Shown: positions 17,992 to 27,600 of the stretch, one piece after another
Layout of the letters: every line of letters starts with the position of its first letter
Numbering within the stretch: position 1 is the stretch's first letter
Assembly: GCA_031290935.1 (NCBI GenBank)
Contig: JAISLK010000010.1
Coordinates: 1,748-65,747 of the forward strand
From: Prevotellaceae bacterium
GTDB lineage: Bacteria > Bacteroidota > Bacteroidia > Bacteroidales > UBA932
Direction: 5' to 3'
DNA: 64,000 nucleotides
The notes under the pieces: generated by a model
What the model saw: only the letters and a program-made list of their open reading frames with translations
Told to the model about the DNA's origin: nothing
The model's database searches: none
Position numbers and translations under genes: made by a program

Positions 17992-19557
17992 ATGCGCGCA
18001 CGTAGATTTTTCAACACCACCGGGCCCTGTAACCCCGAAGACCATTACATGCTGCCGCCCGCCGACCGGCTGGTAGGCGCGCAGCTGCACCGCTATATCC
18101 GCGACAAGCTCTACTGGGTGCTGCATGCGCCCCGGCAAACCGGCAAGACCACCTTTTTGCAAAGCTGGATGCGCGAAATCAACGCCGGCACGGAAGCCAT
18201 TTCCTGCTACGTAAGCGTGGAAACCTGCCAGGGAGTGCCGGAGCCGGAACGCGCCATGCCCGCGATTTGTGCAGCCATGAAAGGATATGCCTCGCGCTTT
18301 AATGTGGCCGTTCCTGAAGAGACGGATGCTTCGCCGTTGAATATGCTGAACAATATACTGGGCAACTGGTCTGCGCTCGTGGCGCCCAAACCCCTGATTG
18401 TGCTGTTCGACGAAGTGGACGTGCTGGAAGGCGAGGCGCTGATTAGCTTCCTGCGCCAGTTGCGGGGCGGCTTTGCCGCGCGCGGCGCGGGGACGTTCCC
18501 CATATCCATTGCCCTGGTAGGCATGCGCGACCTGAAAGACTACATCACGGCGGCCAAAGACGGCAAGGCACCCAATCCCGGCTCACCGTTCAATGTTAAA
18601 GCAGACTCGGCGTCGTTGACGAATTTCACAAGGGAAGATATTGCGAAACTGTTTGCCCAGCGCACGCAGGAAACCGGGCAGCACATCACGCCGGAAGCCC
18701 TGAATTATGTATATGAACAGTCCACAGGGCAGCCCTGGATTGTGAACTCCCTGTTTTCACGCGCCACCATGCGGGTGCTGGATGAGGAGAGCGCGGAAAC
18801 CGTAACGCTGGCGCACATCCGGGAAGCGCGGGAGCAGATGATTCTGGCGCGGGAAACGCACCTCGACGCCTTGGCCTACCGGTTGGAAAACCCGCAGATA
18901 CGCATAGTGATGGAATCGCTGATGACCGGCGAATCCAACCCCAGCCTGGCCAGCAGCGAAGCGTTCCGGCAATGCCTGGATTTGGGGCTGGTAACGATAA
19001 AAGACGGCACCCCCCAAATGGCCAACCCCATTTACCGGGAAGTCATGGCGCGCCAGATGACATACAGCCCGCAGCTGGCCATTCCCAAACCCTCGTGGCC
19101 CTGGCAGCATCCCGACGGCTCGCTGGATATGGACCGGCTGCTGGCCGAATTCCAAAAATTCTGGCGGCGCCATTCGGAAGTATGGGAGCAGCAATCCGAC
19201 TACACGGAAGCGTTCCCGCATTTATTGCTGATGGCCTTTTTGCAGCGCGTAACCAACGGCGGCGGGCACATCGAGCGGGAATATGCCGCCGGTCGCGGCC
19301 GGATGGACCTGGCGGTGGAATTTGGCGACAGGTGTTACATTATCGAAGTGAAAGTGATTTATTCCTATGATACCCCCGCCATAGTGCGCGAAGAAGGCCT
19401 GGAGCAGGTATGCGCGTACCGCGACAGGATAGACGCCTCGGCGCCGGCGTGGCTGGTGATTTTCGACCGCCGCGAGAAGTCCAAAGCGCTTTCGTGGGAC
19501 GAGCGCATCTCCCGGGAAGTAGATGCAGCCACAGGCATCACCGTATTGGGATGCTGA
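17992..19557 (+). CDS. AAA-type ATPase fused to a C-terminal PD-(D/E)XK nuclease-like domain
   Basis: N-terminus FFNTTGPCNPEDHYMLP, Walker A PRQTGKTTFL, Walker B LIVLFDEVD. C-terminal GRMDLAVEF...YIIEVKV. Start trimmed to the M after the promoter box. Confidence 0.7.
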   Translation: MRARRFFNTTGPCNPEDHYMLPPADRLVGAQLHRYIRDKLYWVLHAPRQTGKTTFLQSWMREINAGTEAISCYVSVETCQGVPEPERAMPAICAAMKGYASRFNVAVPEETDASPLNMLNNILGNWSALVAPKPLIVLFDEVDVLEGEALISFLRQLRGGFAARGAGTFPISIALVGMRDLKDYITAAKDGKAPNPGSPFNVKADSASLTNFTREDIAKLFAQRTQETGQHITPEALNYVYEQSTGQPWIVNSLFSRATMRVLDEESAETVTLAHIREAREQMILARETHLDALAYRLENPQIRIVMESLMTGESNPSLASSEAFRQCLDLGLVTIKDGTPQMANPIYREVMARQMTYSPQLAIPKPSWPWQHPDGSLDMDRLLAEFQKFWRRHSEVWEQQSDYTEAFPHLLLMAFLQRVTNGGGHIEREYAAGRGRMDLAVEFGDRCYIIEVKVIYSYDTPAIVREEGLEQVCAYRDRIDASAPAWLVIFDRREKSKALSWDERISREVDAATGITVLGC

Positions 19558-19597
19558 CGCCGATAAAATAAAGTTTTGCAGATTTCAAAAAAAGCGC

Positions 19598-19605
19598 TAC
19601 CTTTG
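19598..19605 (+). promoter_or_regulatory. -7 box TACCTTTG for the Abi gene
   Basis: 62 nt upstream of the ATG at 19667. Confidence 0.45.
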
Positions 19606-19666
19606 CAACCAACAGTACCCGTCTCCATCCCATAAGAACTGCAGGCGGGTCATTTTTTATATTATA

Positions 19667-20605
19667 ATGAATAAACCAGCCTATTCTATCATTGACCAGA
19701 TTTTACTGCTGAAGCAGCGCGGAATGGTTTTTAAAGATGAAAGACAAGCCTGCGAACGCTTGAAAAATATCAGTTATTACCGGCTGAAGGGTTATTGGTG
19801 GGATATGCAAAATGACCATGTACTGCATACATTTCTGCCAGGCGTTTATTTCGAGGACATTATTGAACGCTATAATTTTGACCGGCAACTTCGCATTATA
19901 TTGTTTGATGCGGTTGAGCAAATAGAAATAGCCCTGCGTACTAAAATGATTTACCATTTATCCCTTGCATACGGCGGATTATGGTATTTAAGTCCGGCAT
20001 TGTTTGATTCCGCAAATATTACCCTCAATGATGTGAAACGAACAGCCCATCTTCATGTGTTAAACGAATTGCAAAAAGAATTTAACCGCAGCCAGGAAAT
20101 ATTTGTCAAAGACCATCGCAGTCGTTATCCGAACGAAAATCCCGATGCATGGAAAATATTGGAAGTTGCGTCTTTGGGGACACTTTCCAAATTATACAAG
20201 AACTTAAGAAACAAGCTACCGGAAAAGGCAATTATTGCCAATGAAATGGGGTTAAATTCAACCTTTACGTTTGTTGGCTGGCTGGAAACTATTGCGCTTA
20301 TCCGAAATATTCTGGCTCATCATTCCCGTTTGTGGAGCCGGACGATTATTAAGAAACCGAGCATGCAACTGAATAACCCCGGCGGGAAATGGTTTACGCA
20401 CCCGCTCCAGCCCGGGCAGTTGAGTAAACCTTTTGCGATTATTTCCTGTATGGTATATTTATGCAACCGTTTGAGCCATTCGGAGGATATTAAGCAACGC
20501 ATCGTCGCTTTAATCAATACTTATCCTGATATTCCGATATACAAATATGGCTTTTTCAACAATTGGCAAGCCGAACCGCTCTGGAACGACGCTACGAAAC
20601 TTTAA
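19667..20605 (+). CDS. Abi_2 (AbiD/AbiF-like) abortive-infection family protein
   Basis: YYRLKGYWW and LAHHSRLWSR motifs. Start set at MNKPAYSIIDQ downstream of the promoter box. Confidence 0.75.
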   Translation: MNKPAYSIIDQILLLKQRGMVFKDERQACERLKNISYYRLKGYWWDMQNDHVLHTFLPGVYFEDIIERYNFDRQLRIILFDAVEQIEIALRTKMIYHLSLAYGGLWYLSPALFDSANITLNDVKRTAHLHVLNELQKEFNRSQEIFVKDHRSRYPNENPDAWKILEVASLGTLSKLYKNLRNKLPEKAIIANEMGLNSTFTFVGWLETIALIRNILAHHSRLWSRTIIKKPSMQLNNPGGKWFTHPLQPGQLSKPFAIISCMVYLCNRLSHSEDIKQRIVALINTYPDIPIYKYGFFNNWQAEPLWNDATKL

Positions 20606-23060
20606 CCAATCTGTACTTTTTCCACCCAATCAACGCAACGGTCAGCAGGAGCGAAATCACGGAAATGATACATCCCGTGCGGAAAGCAAGCGAGTCAAAG
20701 CGCAGCTCCAGCTGATGCGCCCCCGCACCCAGCAGCACGCCGCTAAAGCCGATATTCACCTGTTCCATCTCCAGGGGGGCGCCGTTGTCAAACACTTTCC
20801 AGCCTTTGTCGAACGGGATGGTAAAGAACAGCAGTTTCTCCTTACGCAGGGCGATATGTCCCTGAATTTTATTCTGGCTGAAATACGTCATTTGAAATGC
20901 TTCCTGCCGGAGGCTGTCCACATCGGCCGCCAGGTTGTCGATTAAATACCGGTCTTGCTCAACGGGCTGCGGCAACCGCTGCAGGGCGGCATAGCGCGCC
21001 GTATCGGCGTCGTCAATGACGGCGGCTTCCAGCAGGGCAATGTCTTTAAACGGCAAACTGTCGAACACGCTGCGCGGCAGGTAGTGCGAATACGTATAGC
21101 CGAAAGGCAGGGCAAACCTGTTTTTATAAATATACACGTCCTGAATCTTATTGATGGAATCGTTCAGCAGCAACGCTTGCGGCGGCAACGGCGTTTTCGA
21201 CAAATTGTAATGCACATTGCCGAAGATTTGCAGCAGCGGCCTGTCCACCGTCAATCCTTCAATCCAGCGGGTGGCATATTCATCGTTCGGCGGAATCACC
21301 TGCGCGGCCGACAAAAAACGCACATAATTTGCCTGGTTAAACTGCAGGTAGGAAGTAGTTCCATAGAACCGTTGCACCATGGGATCTTTAAGGCTTTTGT
21401 GAATAGCCGTGCTGGAGCCGTAATTTTTCTGTACCCGGTAAAAAGCAGTATCCCGTTGATGCAGGTACTTTACGGCTTCAATGGAATAGTCGTTGTAACT
21501 CACCTTTCGTTTCATTTCCCCGTACGACACAATGTCCCGGTTATTGACCGTGATATTCGCCATATAAACCAGTTCTATGAATACCAAACCGATTAAAAGG
21601 GGCTTCACATAACGCCCGGCGCTTTTCACCGGAAACAGGCCGAGCAGTATGGCATAGAGTAATAAAAATAAGAAACAAAACGATTGCAATCCGGCCTGGA
21701 ACAACGGCTGCCCGGCCTGGTAGGGATGCTGCACGCCCAGTATGTTGGGGAGATAGAGCAACAATAACAACACGGCAAAAGTGCCTGCCAGGATTTTATA
21801 ATTGATTTTGCGGGTAACACAAATACGGTTGAAAGCCAGCAATGCATATATTAGTAACAGCAAGGCAAAGAAGAAAGATAAAACACGATAGTATTTCCCG
21901 GCAAAAAACCAGAGCGCATAGCGGAAAAAAGGAAAAATAAACGGCAAAAGCGCACAGGCAAATACTGTCCCGAATACCCACTTCCTGCGTTTCGACAGCG
22001 CAGGGAAAAATTGTGTAAACAGTAACAGGGCGAGTAAGCCTGTATATAACATTGGGGCTTCAAAGTAATTTTCGGCGCCGGCAAAATAATTCCCCGTACC
22101 CAGCATATCGGAAGAGAACAACCGCCCTATTTTGGTAAGATTATCCAACAATCTATCCGGTTGAAAAACGGGTGTGTTCATTAGTTGGGAGAAATAGGAT
22201 ACTTCGCCGCTTACGCGAGGACTTTCCAACATCCATAGCGCTCTTTCAAAGGAAATAAAAGCGCTCATGCCCACTCCCAAACTACCTAATCCTACTAATT
22301 GTCCATATGTATGCAGCATTTTTTTTGCATTCCATCCATGTTGATTATATAAGCGAACCAGCACATAAATGCCGGCGAAAATAGAGAACATCGCCAAATC
22401 AAATGTAATCGTAAGACCAATCAATGCAATAGCAAATGGGAAGAAATACCATTGCTTATGTAATAATTTTTCAACCGAGAAAAACAAAAAAGCGATTTGA
22501 TAAACCTCTATGGAATGTTGATACCAGCAACTTCCCAATACAATGAATCCGGAAAAAGCAAAGCACATGGCGCCGGTAATCGCGGTGTAAGGCGTAATAT
22601 GCAATTCGCGCAAAAACAAATAAAACAACAAGCCGGCGGTAAGGAATTTTAAAGCTTCCATAAAACCTGCCAAGTAAGCAATATTATCAGGGTTTGCAAG
22701 GTACAGGAGCCATGTAAAAGGTTCGCCCAAAAGCATTCCTACCGCATTTTGCCCCATCCCCAAATAAAATGACCAGCGCGGAAAACCGTCCAGATTATGC
22801 AAAGAATCGGAAATATAGTAGAGTTCAGGATACCATCCATTGATAGAATCGCTGCCGATATCCTTATACAAAAACACTTTGTTCAGCAGCAAAAAGTCGT
22901 GAAACACGAATAACGCCATGCCTCCCAACAAAGCCAGGAGGATATAAAAACCTTTTTTGGAAGAAAGGGTTGTTTCCTGCAACGCCGGTTGCGGTTTATT
23001 TTTCTGTGGAACCCGCTGCTGTTTATTGGCAATTGGCTTTCGCCGGTAAGTTGTTCCCAT
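20592..23060 (-). CDS. YfhO-family polytopic membrane protein (putative periplasmic glycan glycosyltransferase)
   Basis: 822 aa. N-terminal FLYKDIGSDSINGWYPE...FPRWSFYLGMGQN followed by many TM helices and a large C-terminal soluble domain. Confidence 0.65.
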   Translation of the reverse strand: MGTTYRRKPIANKQQRVPQKNKPQPALQETTLSSKKGFYILLALLGGMALFVFHDFLLLNKVFLYKDIGSDSINGWYPELYYISDSLHNLDGFPRWSFYLGMGQNAVGMLLGEPFTWLLYLANPDNIAYLAGFMEALKFLTAGLLFYLFLRELHITPYTAITGAMCFAFSGFIVLGSCWYQHSIEVYQIAFLFFSVEKLLHKQWYFFPFAIALIGLTITFDLAMFSIFAGIYVLVRLYNQHGWNAKKMLHTYGQLVGLGSLGVGMSAFISFERALWMLESPRVSGEVSYFSQLMNTPVFQPDRLLDNLTKIGRLFSSDMLGTGNYFAGAENYFEAPMLYTGLLALLLFTQFFPALSKRRKWVFGTVFACALLPFIFPFFRYALWFFAGKYYRVLSFFFALLLLIYALLAFNRICVTRKINYKILAGTFAVLLLLLYLPNILGVQHPYQAGQPLFQAGLQSFCFLFLLLYAILLGLFPVKSAGRYVKPLLIGLVFIELVYMANITVNNRDIVSYGEMKRKVSYNDYSIEAVKYLHQRDTAFYRVQKNYGSSTAIHKSLKDPMVQRFYGTTSYLQFNQANYVRFLSAAQVIPPNDEYATRWIEGLTVDRPLLQIFGNVHYNLSKTPLPPQALLLNDSINKIQDVYIYKNRFALPFGYTYSHYLPRSVFDSLPFKDIALLEAAVIDDADTARYAALQRLPQPVEQDRYLIDNLAADVDSLRQEAFQMTYFSQNKIQGHIALRKEKLLFFTIPFDKGWKVFDNGAPLEMEQVNIGFSGVLLGAGAHQLELRFDSLAFRTGCIISVISLLLTVALIGWKKYRLVKVS

Positions 23061-23091
23061 AGTAATTCTTGATTTCTAATTCTTAATTATT

Positions 23092-24870
23092 CTACATTCT
23101 TTCCGGCACGCCGATGCCTAAAATATGCATGGCGGTTTTTAATACGTCCGCTACCAGTTGCAACAGCAGCAAGCGTTGTTTTTTCACCGCCGCGTCGGGT
23201 TCTTTCAGCACGGAGACGTCGTGGTAGTACTGGTTAAACTCCTTCGCCAGCTCGTAAGCATAATTGGCAACCAGCGCCGGCGAATGTTCGCCGCCCGCTT
23301 CGCGGATTTTTGCAGGAAAGGCATGGAGTAATTTTACCAGCGAAATTTCTTTGTCCATCAGCGCGGCGCCGGTTAGTTCCGCCGGCAATCCCTGTTCCCC
23401 CGCCTTCCGCAATACGGATTTGATGCGGGCATGGGTGTATTGGATAAACGGCCCCGTGTTTCCGTTGAAGTCAATAGATTCTTTGGGGTCGAACAGCATC
23501 GTCTTTTTGGGGTCTACTTTCAGGATGAAATATTTCAACGCGCCCAACCCGACCATTTCAAACAGGCGCTGTTGCTCGTCTACCGGCATTTCATCGAGCT
23601 TTCCCAATTCGATGGACGTTTCACGGGCAGTGGTAATCATTTCTGCTATCAAATCGTCGGCGTCCACCACCGTGCCTTCGCGCGATTTCATCTTCCCTGC
23701 GGGCAATTCCACCATGCCGTACGAAAGGTGATAAATCGCCGCCGCCCACGGGTAACCTGATTTTTCCAGTATTAATTTGAGCGCCTGGAAGTGATAATTC
23801 TGTTCATTGCCCACCACGTATATGTGTTCGTCAAAATGATATTCTTCGTAGCGTTGCTGCGCTGTGCCGAGGTCTTGCGTCATATACACCGACGTGCCGT
23901 CGGAACGCAATAGCAATTTCCGGTCTAACCCGTCGGCCGTTAAATCTATCCACACAGAGCCGTCGGGACGCTTTGTAAACACGCCTTTTTGCAACCCGTC
24001 GGCCACTATTTTTTTGCCGGACAAATACGTGTCGGATTCATAATAAATCTTGTCAAAATGCACGCCGAGTTTCCGGTATGTTTCATCAAAACCCGCGTAC
24101 ACCCATGCGTTCATCGTGCGCCACAAGTCCACGGTTGCTTCATCGCCCTGTTCCCATTGGCGCAGCATCTCCTGCGCCCCGGTTATTATCGGCGCCTGTT
24201 TGGCGGCTTCCTCATCGTTTTTTCCCAGCGCTTTCAACGCCGCCTGTTGCTTTTTATATTCCTTGTCGAACAGCACGTAATATTCCCCCACCAGGTGGTC
24301 GCCTTTCTTCCCGGACGATTCCGGCGTTTCGCCCTTGCCCCATTGTTGCCATGCCAGCATGGATTTGCAGATATGAATCCCGCGGTCGTTTACCAGGTTT
24401 ACTTTAATTACCTTGTGTCCGTTGGCTTCCAGGAGTTGCGCAATCGACCATCCCAGTAAATTATTGCGGACATGCCCCAGGTGCAGCGGCTTGTTGGTAT
24501 TGGGCGACGAATATTCTATGACTACCGTTTTCCCCGAAGGCGCATGCATTCCGTAGCGCGTGGCGCCAGCTATCGCGGCAAGCTGTTTGTACCAAAAATC
24601 CGCCGATAATTTAATATTCAAAAAACCTTTCACTACGTTGAACGACGCGACTTCCGGACATTGTTGCCGTAACCGGTTGCCGACTTCTCCGCCCGTTTGC
24701 TCCGGCGATTTTTTGCTGATTTTTAACAACGGGTACATCATTGCCGTGAAGTCGCCTTCAAATTCCTTGCGGGTAGCCTGTAACTGCAACGCCGCTTCCG
24801 GCGCCGGCTGCGCATATAACGACATAATCGCCTTGGCTACTTCTTTGTTCAAAAATTGTTCTGCGGTCAT
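23092..24870 (-). CDS. argS: Arginine--tRNA ligase
   Basis: SPNTNKPLHLGHVRN (HIGH) and GKMKSREG (KMSK). Start set at MTAEQFLN because the promoter box lies inside the longer ORF. Confidence 0.95.
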   Translation of the reverse strand: MTAEQFLNKEVAKAIMSLYAQPAPEAALQLQATRKEFEGDFTAMMYPLLKISKKSPEQTGGEVGNRLRQQCPEVASFNVVKGFLNIKLSADFWYKQLAAIAGATRYGMHAPSGKTVVIEYSSPNTNKPLHLGHVRNNLLGWSIAQLLEANGHKVIKVNLVNDRGIHICKSMLAWQQWGKGETPESSGKKGDHLVGEYYVLFDKEYKKQQAALKALGKNDEEAAKQAPIITGAQEMLRQWEQGDEATVDLWRTMNAWVYAGFDETYRKLGVHFDKIYYESDTYLSGKKIVADGLQKGVFTKRPDGSVWIDLTADGLDRKLLLRSDGTSVYMTQDLGTAQQRYEEYHFDEHIYVVGNEQNYHFQALKLILEKSGYPWAAAIYHLSYGMVELPAGKMKSREGTVVDADDLIAEMITTARETSIELGKLDEMPVDEQQRLFEMVGLGALKYFILKVDPKKTMLFDPKESIDFNGNTGPFIQYTHARIKSVLRKAGEQGLPAELTGAALMDKEISLVKLLHAFPAKIREAGGEHSPALVANYAYELAKEFNQYYHDVSVLKEPDAAVKKQRLLLLQLVADVLKTAMHILGIGVPERM

Positions 24871-24907
24871 AAAATCAAATGGACTGTTAATGGTTTTACG
24901 CAAGGTG

Positions 24908-24915
24908 CAAAGGTA
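24908..24915 (-). promoter_or_regulatory. -7 box for argS
   Basis: CAAAGGTA on the + strand, 38 nt upstream of the start at 24870. Confidence 0.5.
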
Positions 24916-25038
24916 AGAAAAATCCGCAGTAAACGAAATACGTTTTCCCAATGGTTGCCTTTTGTAGATACAAATACCAAATATGATTTTATAAATACAA
25001 ATGGCAAGTTATAAAATTTACGGCAATTAGTTTTTTGT

Positions 25039-27534
25039 TTAAAATTGCACCACCGTTATTCCTGCCCCTCCTCTATCCAAGTGCTCATCGGCGATGGAAG
25101 AGATGCCGCCGAAAGTGCGCAGTAATTTGCGGATTTCTTCTTTGAGGATGCCGTTGCCTTTTCCATGCAGGATTTTTACTTCGCTTGCGCCAACCATCAA
25201 CGCCTCGTCAATAAACCGCATCACATTGTCCAGGGCTTCTTCGGCGCGTTGACCACGCACGTCAATGGCAGTTTTGAAATTCAGTTTGCGTTGCGATGTA
25301 TTGTAGCCGGTATTCATCGAAATCACCGGGCGGCTTTTCTGTAAACTGCGAAATTCGTTGCCGGATATGCGTTCCAAGCGTTCGGCGGGAACATTGATAA
25401 GCATATTTCCAATACCCACCGTAACGACGCCGGCGGTTATTTTTACCACTTCGCCGGCTGTGTCCTGCCCTTTCAGGCGGACTTTATCTCCTGTTTGCAA
25501 CGGTTGTTCTTTCGTTATCTTTACTTCGGTTTCCACTGCGGATTTTTCCTTTTTGCGTTGTTCGCGGCGTTCTTGCCGCTGGCGCAGCTGCGCTATCTTG
25601 CGGGCGATTTTTTCATCGGCGCCTGAGGGTGTTTCTGCTTGCAATTGCTGTTTGAATGTTTCCACTTCCCGGCGCACCAATTTAGTCTGTTCCTTTTCGG
25701 CCTGCGCTTCCTTGATTTCAAGAATTGTTCGTTCGATGCGTTTGTTGGCTTCGGCGAGCAGGCGTTTGGCTTCGTCTTTTGCTTCCTGAATAATTTGCTT
25801 GCGGATTTTTTGCAACTCTGCCAATTCGCTTTGATAACGCGCCGTTACGTCTTCCAGTTGTTTATCGGTTTGCCGGATGCGTTGCCGCTTCTCTTCCCAG
25901 TAGCGTTTGTCGCGGGCAATGTCGCGTAAATTTTTTTCAATATTTACATACTGGCTTCCCGCTTTTTCTTCCGCTGTTTTTACAATAGCTTCGGGAAGCC
26001 CCGTTTTACGTGCCAGTTCAAAGGCAAATGAACTGCTCGGCGCACCGGTTTCCAGAAAAAATAACGGCTGGATTTTTTGCACGTCGAACTGCATCGCGCC
26101 GTTCACAATGCCTTCCGTGGAGGCGGCGTAATATTTCAAGTTGGTGTAATGCGTCGTAATTACGCCAAAGGCCTGCAGCTTCACTAAGCAGTCAAGCACG
26201 GCTTCGGCAATGGCGCCGCCGGCGGCCGGCTCCGTGCCGCTGCCGAATTCGTCGATAAGCACCAGCGTATCGGGCGTGGCATGCTGCACAAAATATTTCA
26301 TATTTAACAAACGGGAGCTATAAGTGCTCAAATCATTTTCGATGGATTGTTCATCGCCGATGTCAATACACAAATCATGGAACATGCCCATTTCGGAATT
26401 TTCGGAGGCGGTAACCAGGAAACCGCACTGCAAAAGGTATTGCAAGAGGCCAACCGTTTTCAAACATACTGATTTCCCGCCGGCGTTAGGGCCGGAAATA
26501 AGCAGGATATGCTTCTCCCGGCAAAGTTGTAAATCCAGCGGTACAATGGTTTTTCCTTCTTTCTTCAAAGCCTTTTCCAGTAATGGATGCCGCGCTTTTT
26601 GCAAATTAATTTGCGGCACATCATATACCATCGGTTTCACCGCGCCGGTTTCAATTGCCCACTGCGCTTTGGCGCGGATGAAATCTATTTCCCCCAGTAA
26701 ATCCGTTGCCGCCATCACGTCCTCCAAATAAGGCAGCAAAAAGGCGGCAAAGGCTTGCAGGATTTTCTGTATTTCCCGTTGCTCGGCATAGCCAAGTTCC
26801 TTGATTTCGTTGTTCAGCTCGACTACTTCCAAGGGTTCTACAAAAACCGTTTTCCCGGTGGCGGATTCGTCATACACCAGGCCTTTTATTTTTCGTTTAT
26901 TCCCGGCCGGCAACGGAATCACCGCGCGCCCGTCGCGAATGGAAATAGCCGCATTCTCGGCGGTAAAACCTTCGGCCTGCGCGGCCTTTAAAATATGTTG
27001 CATCCGGCGTGCTACCTGCGTTTGCTTGTCGGCCATTGACCGGCGTACGGTCAGCAGTTCCGGCGAAGCATTGTCCTTAATAACGCCGTGCTTCGTGATA
27101 ATCGCATCGAGCCGCTGCATCACCGCAGGATAGAGGGTTACCGGGGCTATCAGTTGTTTCAACGACGGGTATAGCCCGTCCTTTGTTTTTTTGAAAAACT
27201 GCAACACCGCATGGACGGTATCCAGCGCCCTTCTCAAGTCGAACAATTCCGCTACATCGAGATACAAACCCTGTATGCGCAATTTCTTTAAGAACGGCGA
27301 CGCATCTACATAGCCATCGTTCGGGAACGTATTTTCCATTAACAGGCAGGTGCGCATTTCGTCGGTGAGCGACAGTTGCCGCTGCACTTCGTTGCAGGAC
27401 GAAGAGAACGACGCCGCGTAAATCTTTTGCTTTCCCGCCGCCGTTGCGCAATAGCGCGCCGCCCATTCGCGGATGCGGTCAAAGGCGATTTTCTGTTCTA
27501 TGCCTGCAGGGTAATTCAATGGCTGTTTATACAT
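25039..27534 (-). CDS. mutS2: Endonuclease MutS2 (MutS ATPase plus C-terminal Smr domain)
   Basis: Walker A GPNAGGKS and Smr ILHGKGNGILK. Start at MYKQPLNYPAG (CAT 27532-27534). The ORF-track extension to 28188 runs antisense through uvrC. Confidence 0.9.
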   Translation of the reverse strand: MYKQPLNYPAGIEQKIAFDRIREWAARYCATAAGKQKIYAASFSSSCNEVQRQLSLTDEMRTCLLMENTFPNDGYVDASPFLKKLRIQGLYLDVAELFDLRRALDTVHAVLQFFKKTKDGLYPSLKQLIAPVTLYPAVMQRLDAIITKHGVIKDNASPELLTVRRSMADKQTQVARRMQHILKAAQAEGFTAENAAISIRDGRAVIPLPAGNKRKIKGLVYDESATGKTVFVEPLEVVELNNEIKELGYAEQREIQKILQAFAAFLLPYLEDVMAATDLLGEIDFIRAKAQWAIETGAVKPMVYDVPQINLQKARHPLLEKALKKEGKTIVPLDLQLCREKHILLISGPNAGGKSVCLKTVGLLQYLLQCGFLVTASENSEMGMFHDLCIDIGDEQSIENDLSTYSSRLLNMKYFVQHATPDTLVLIDEFGSGTEPAAGGAIAEAVLDCLVKLQAFGVITTHYTNLKYYAASTEGIVNGAMQFDVQKIQPLFFLETGAPSSSFAFELARKTGLPEAIVKTAEEKAGSQYVNIEKNLRDIARDKRYWEEKRQRIRQTDKQLEDVTARYQSELAELQKIRKQIIQEAKDEAKRLLAEANKRIERTILEIKEAQAEKEQTKLVRREVETFKQQLQAETPSGADEKIARKIAQLRQRQERREQRKKEKSAVETEVKITKEQPLQTGDKVRLKGQDTAGEVVKITAGVVTVGIGNMLINVPAERLERISGNEFRSLQKSRPVISMNTGYNTSQRKLNFKTAIDVRGQRAEEALDNVMRFIDEALMVGASEVKILHGKGNGILKEEIRKLLRTFGGISSIADEHLDRGGAGITVVQF

Positions 27535-27547
27535 TTTTAAAGCGCTA

Positions 27548-27555
27548 CAAAGGTA
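27548..27555 (-). promoter_or_regulatory. -7 box for mutS2
   Basis: CAAAGGTA on the + strand, 14 nt upstream of the start. Confidence 0.4.
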
Positions 27556-27600
27556 AAAAATAATTTTCTTATCTTCGTCCGGAAAGATACGTTGCGACTT

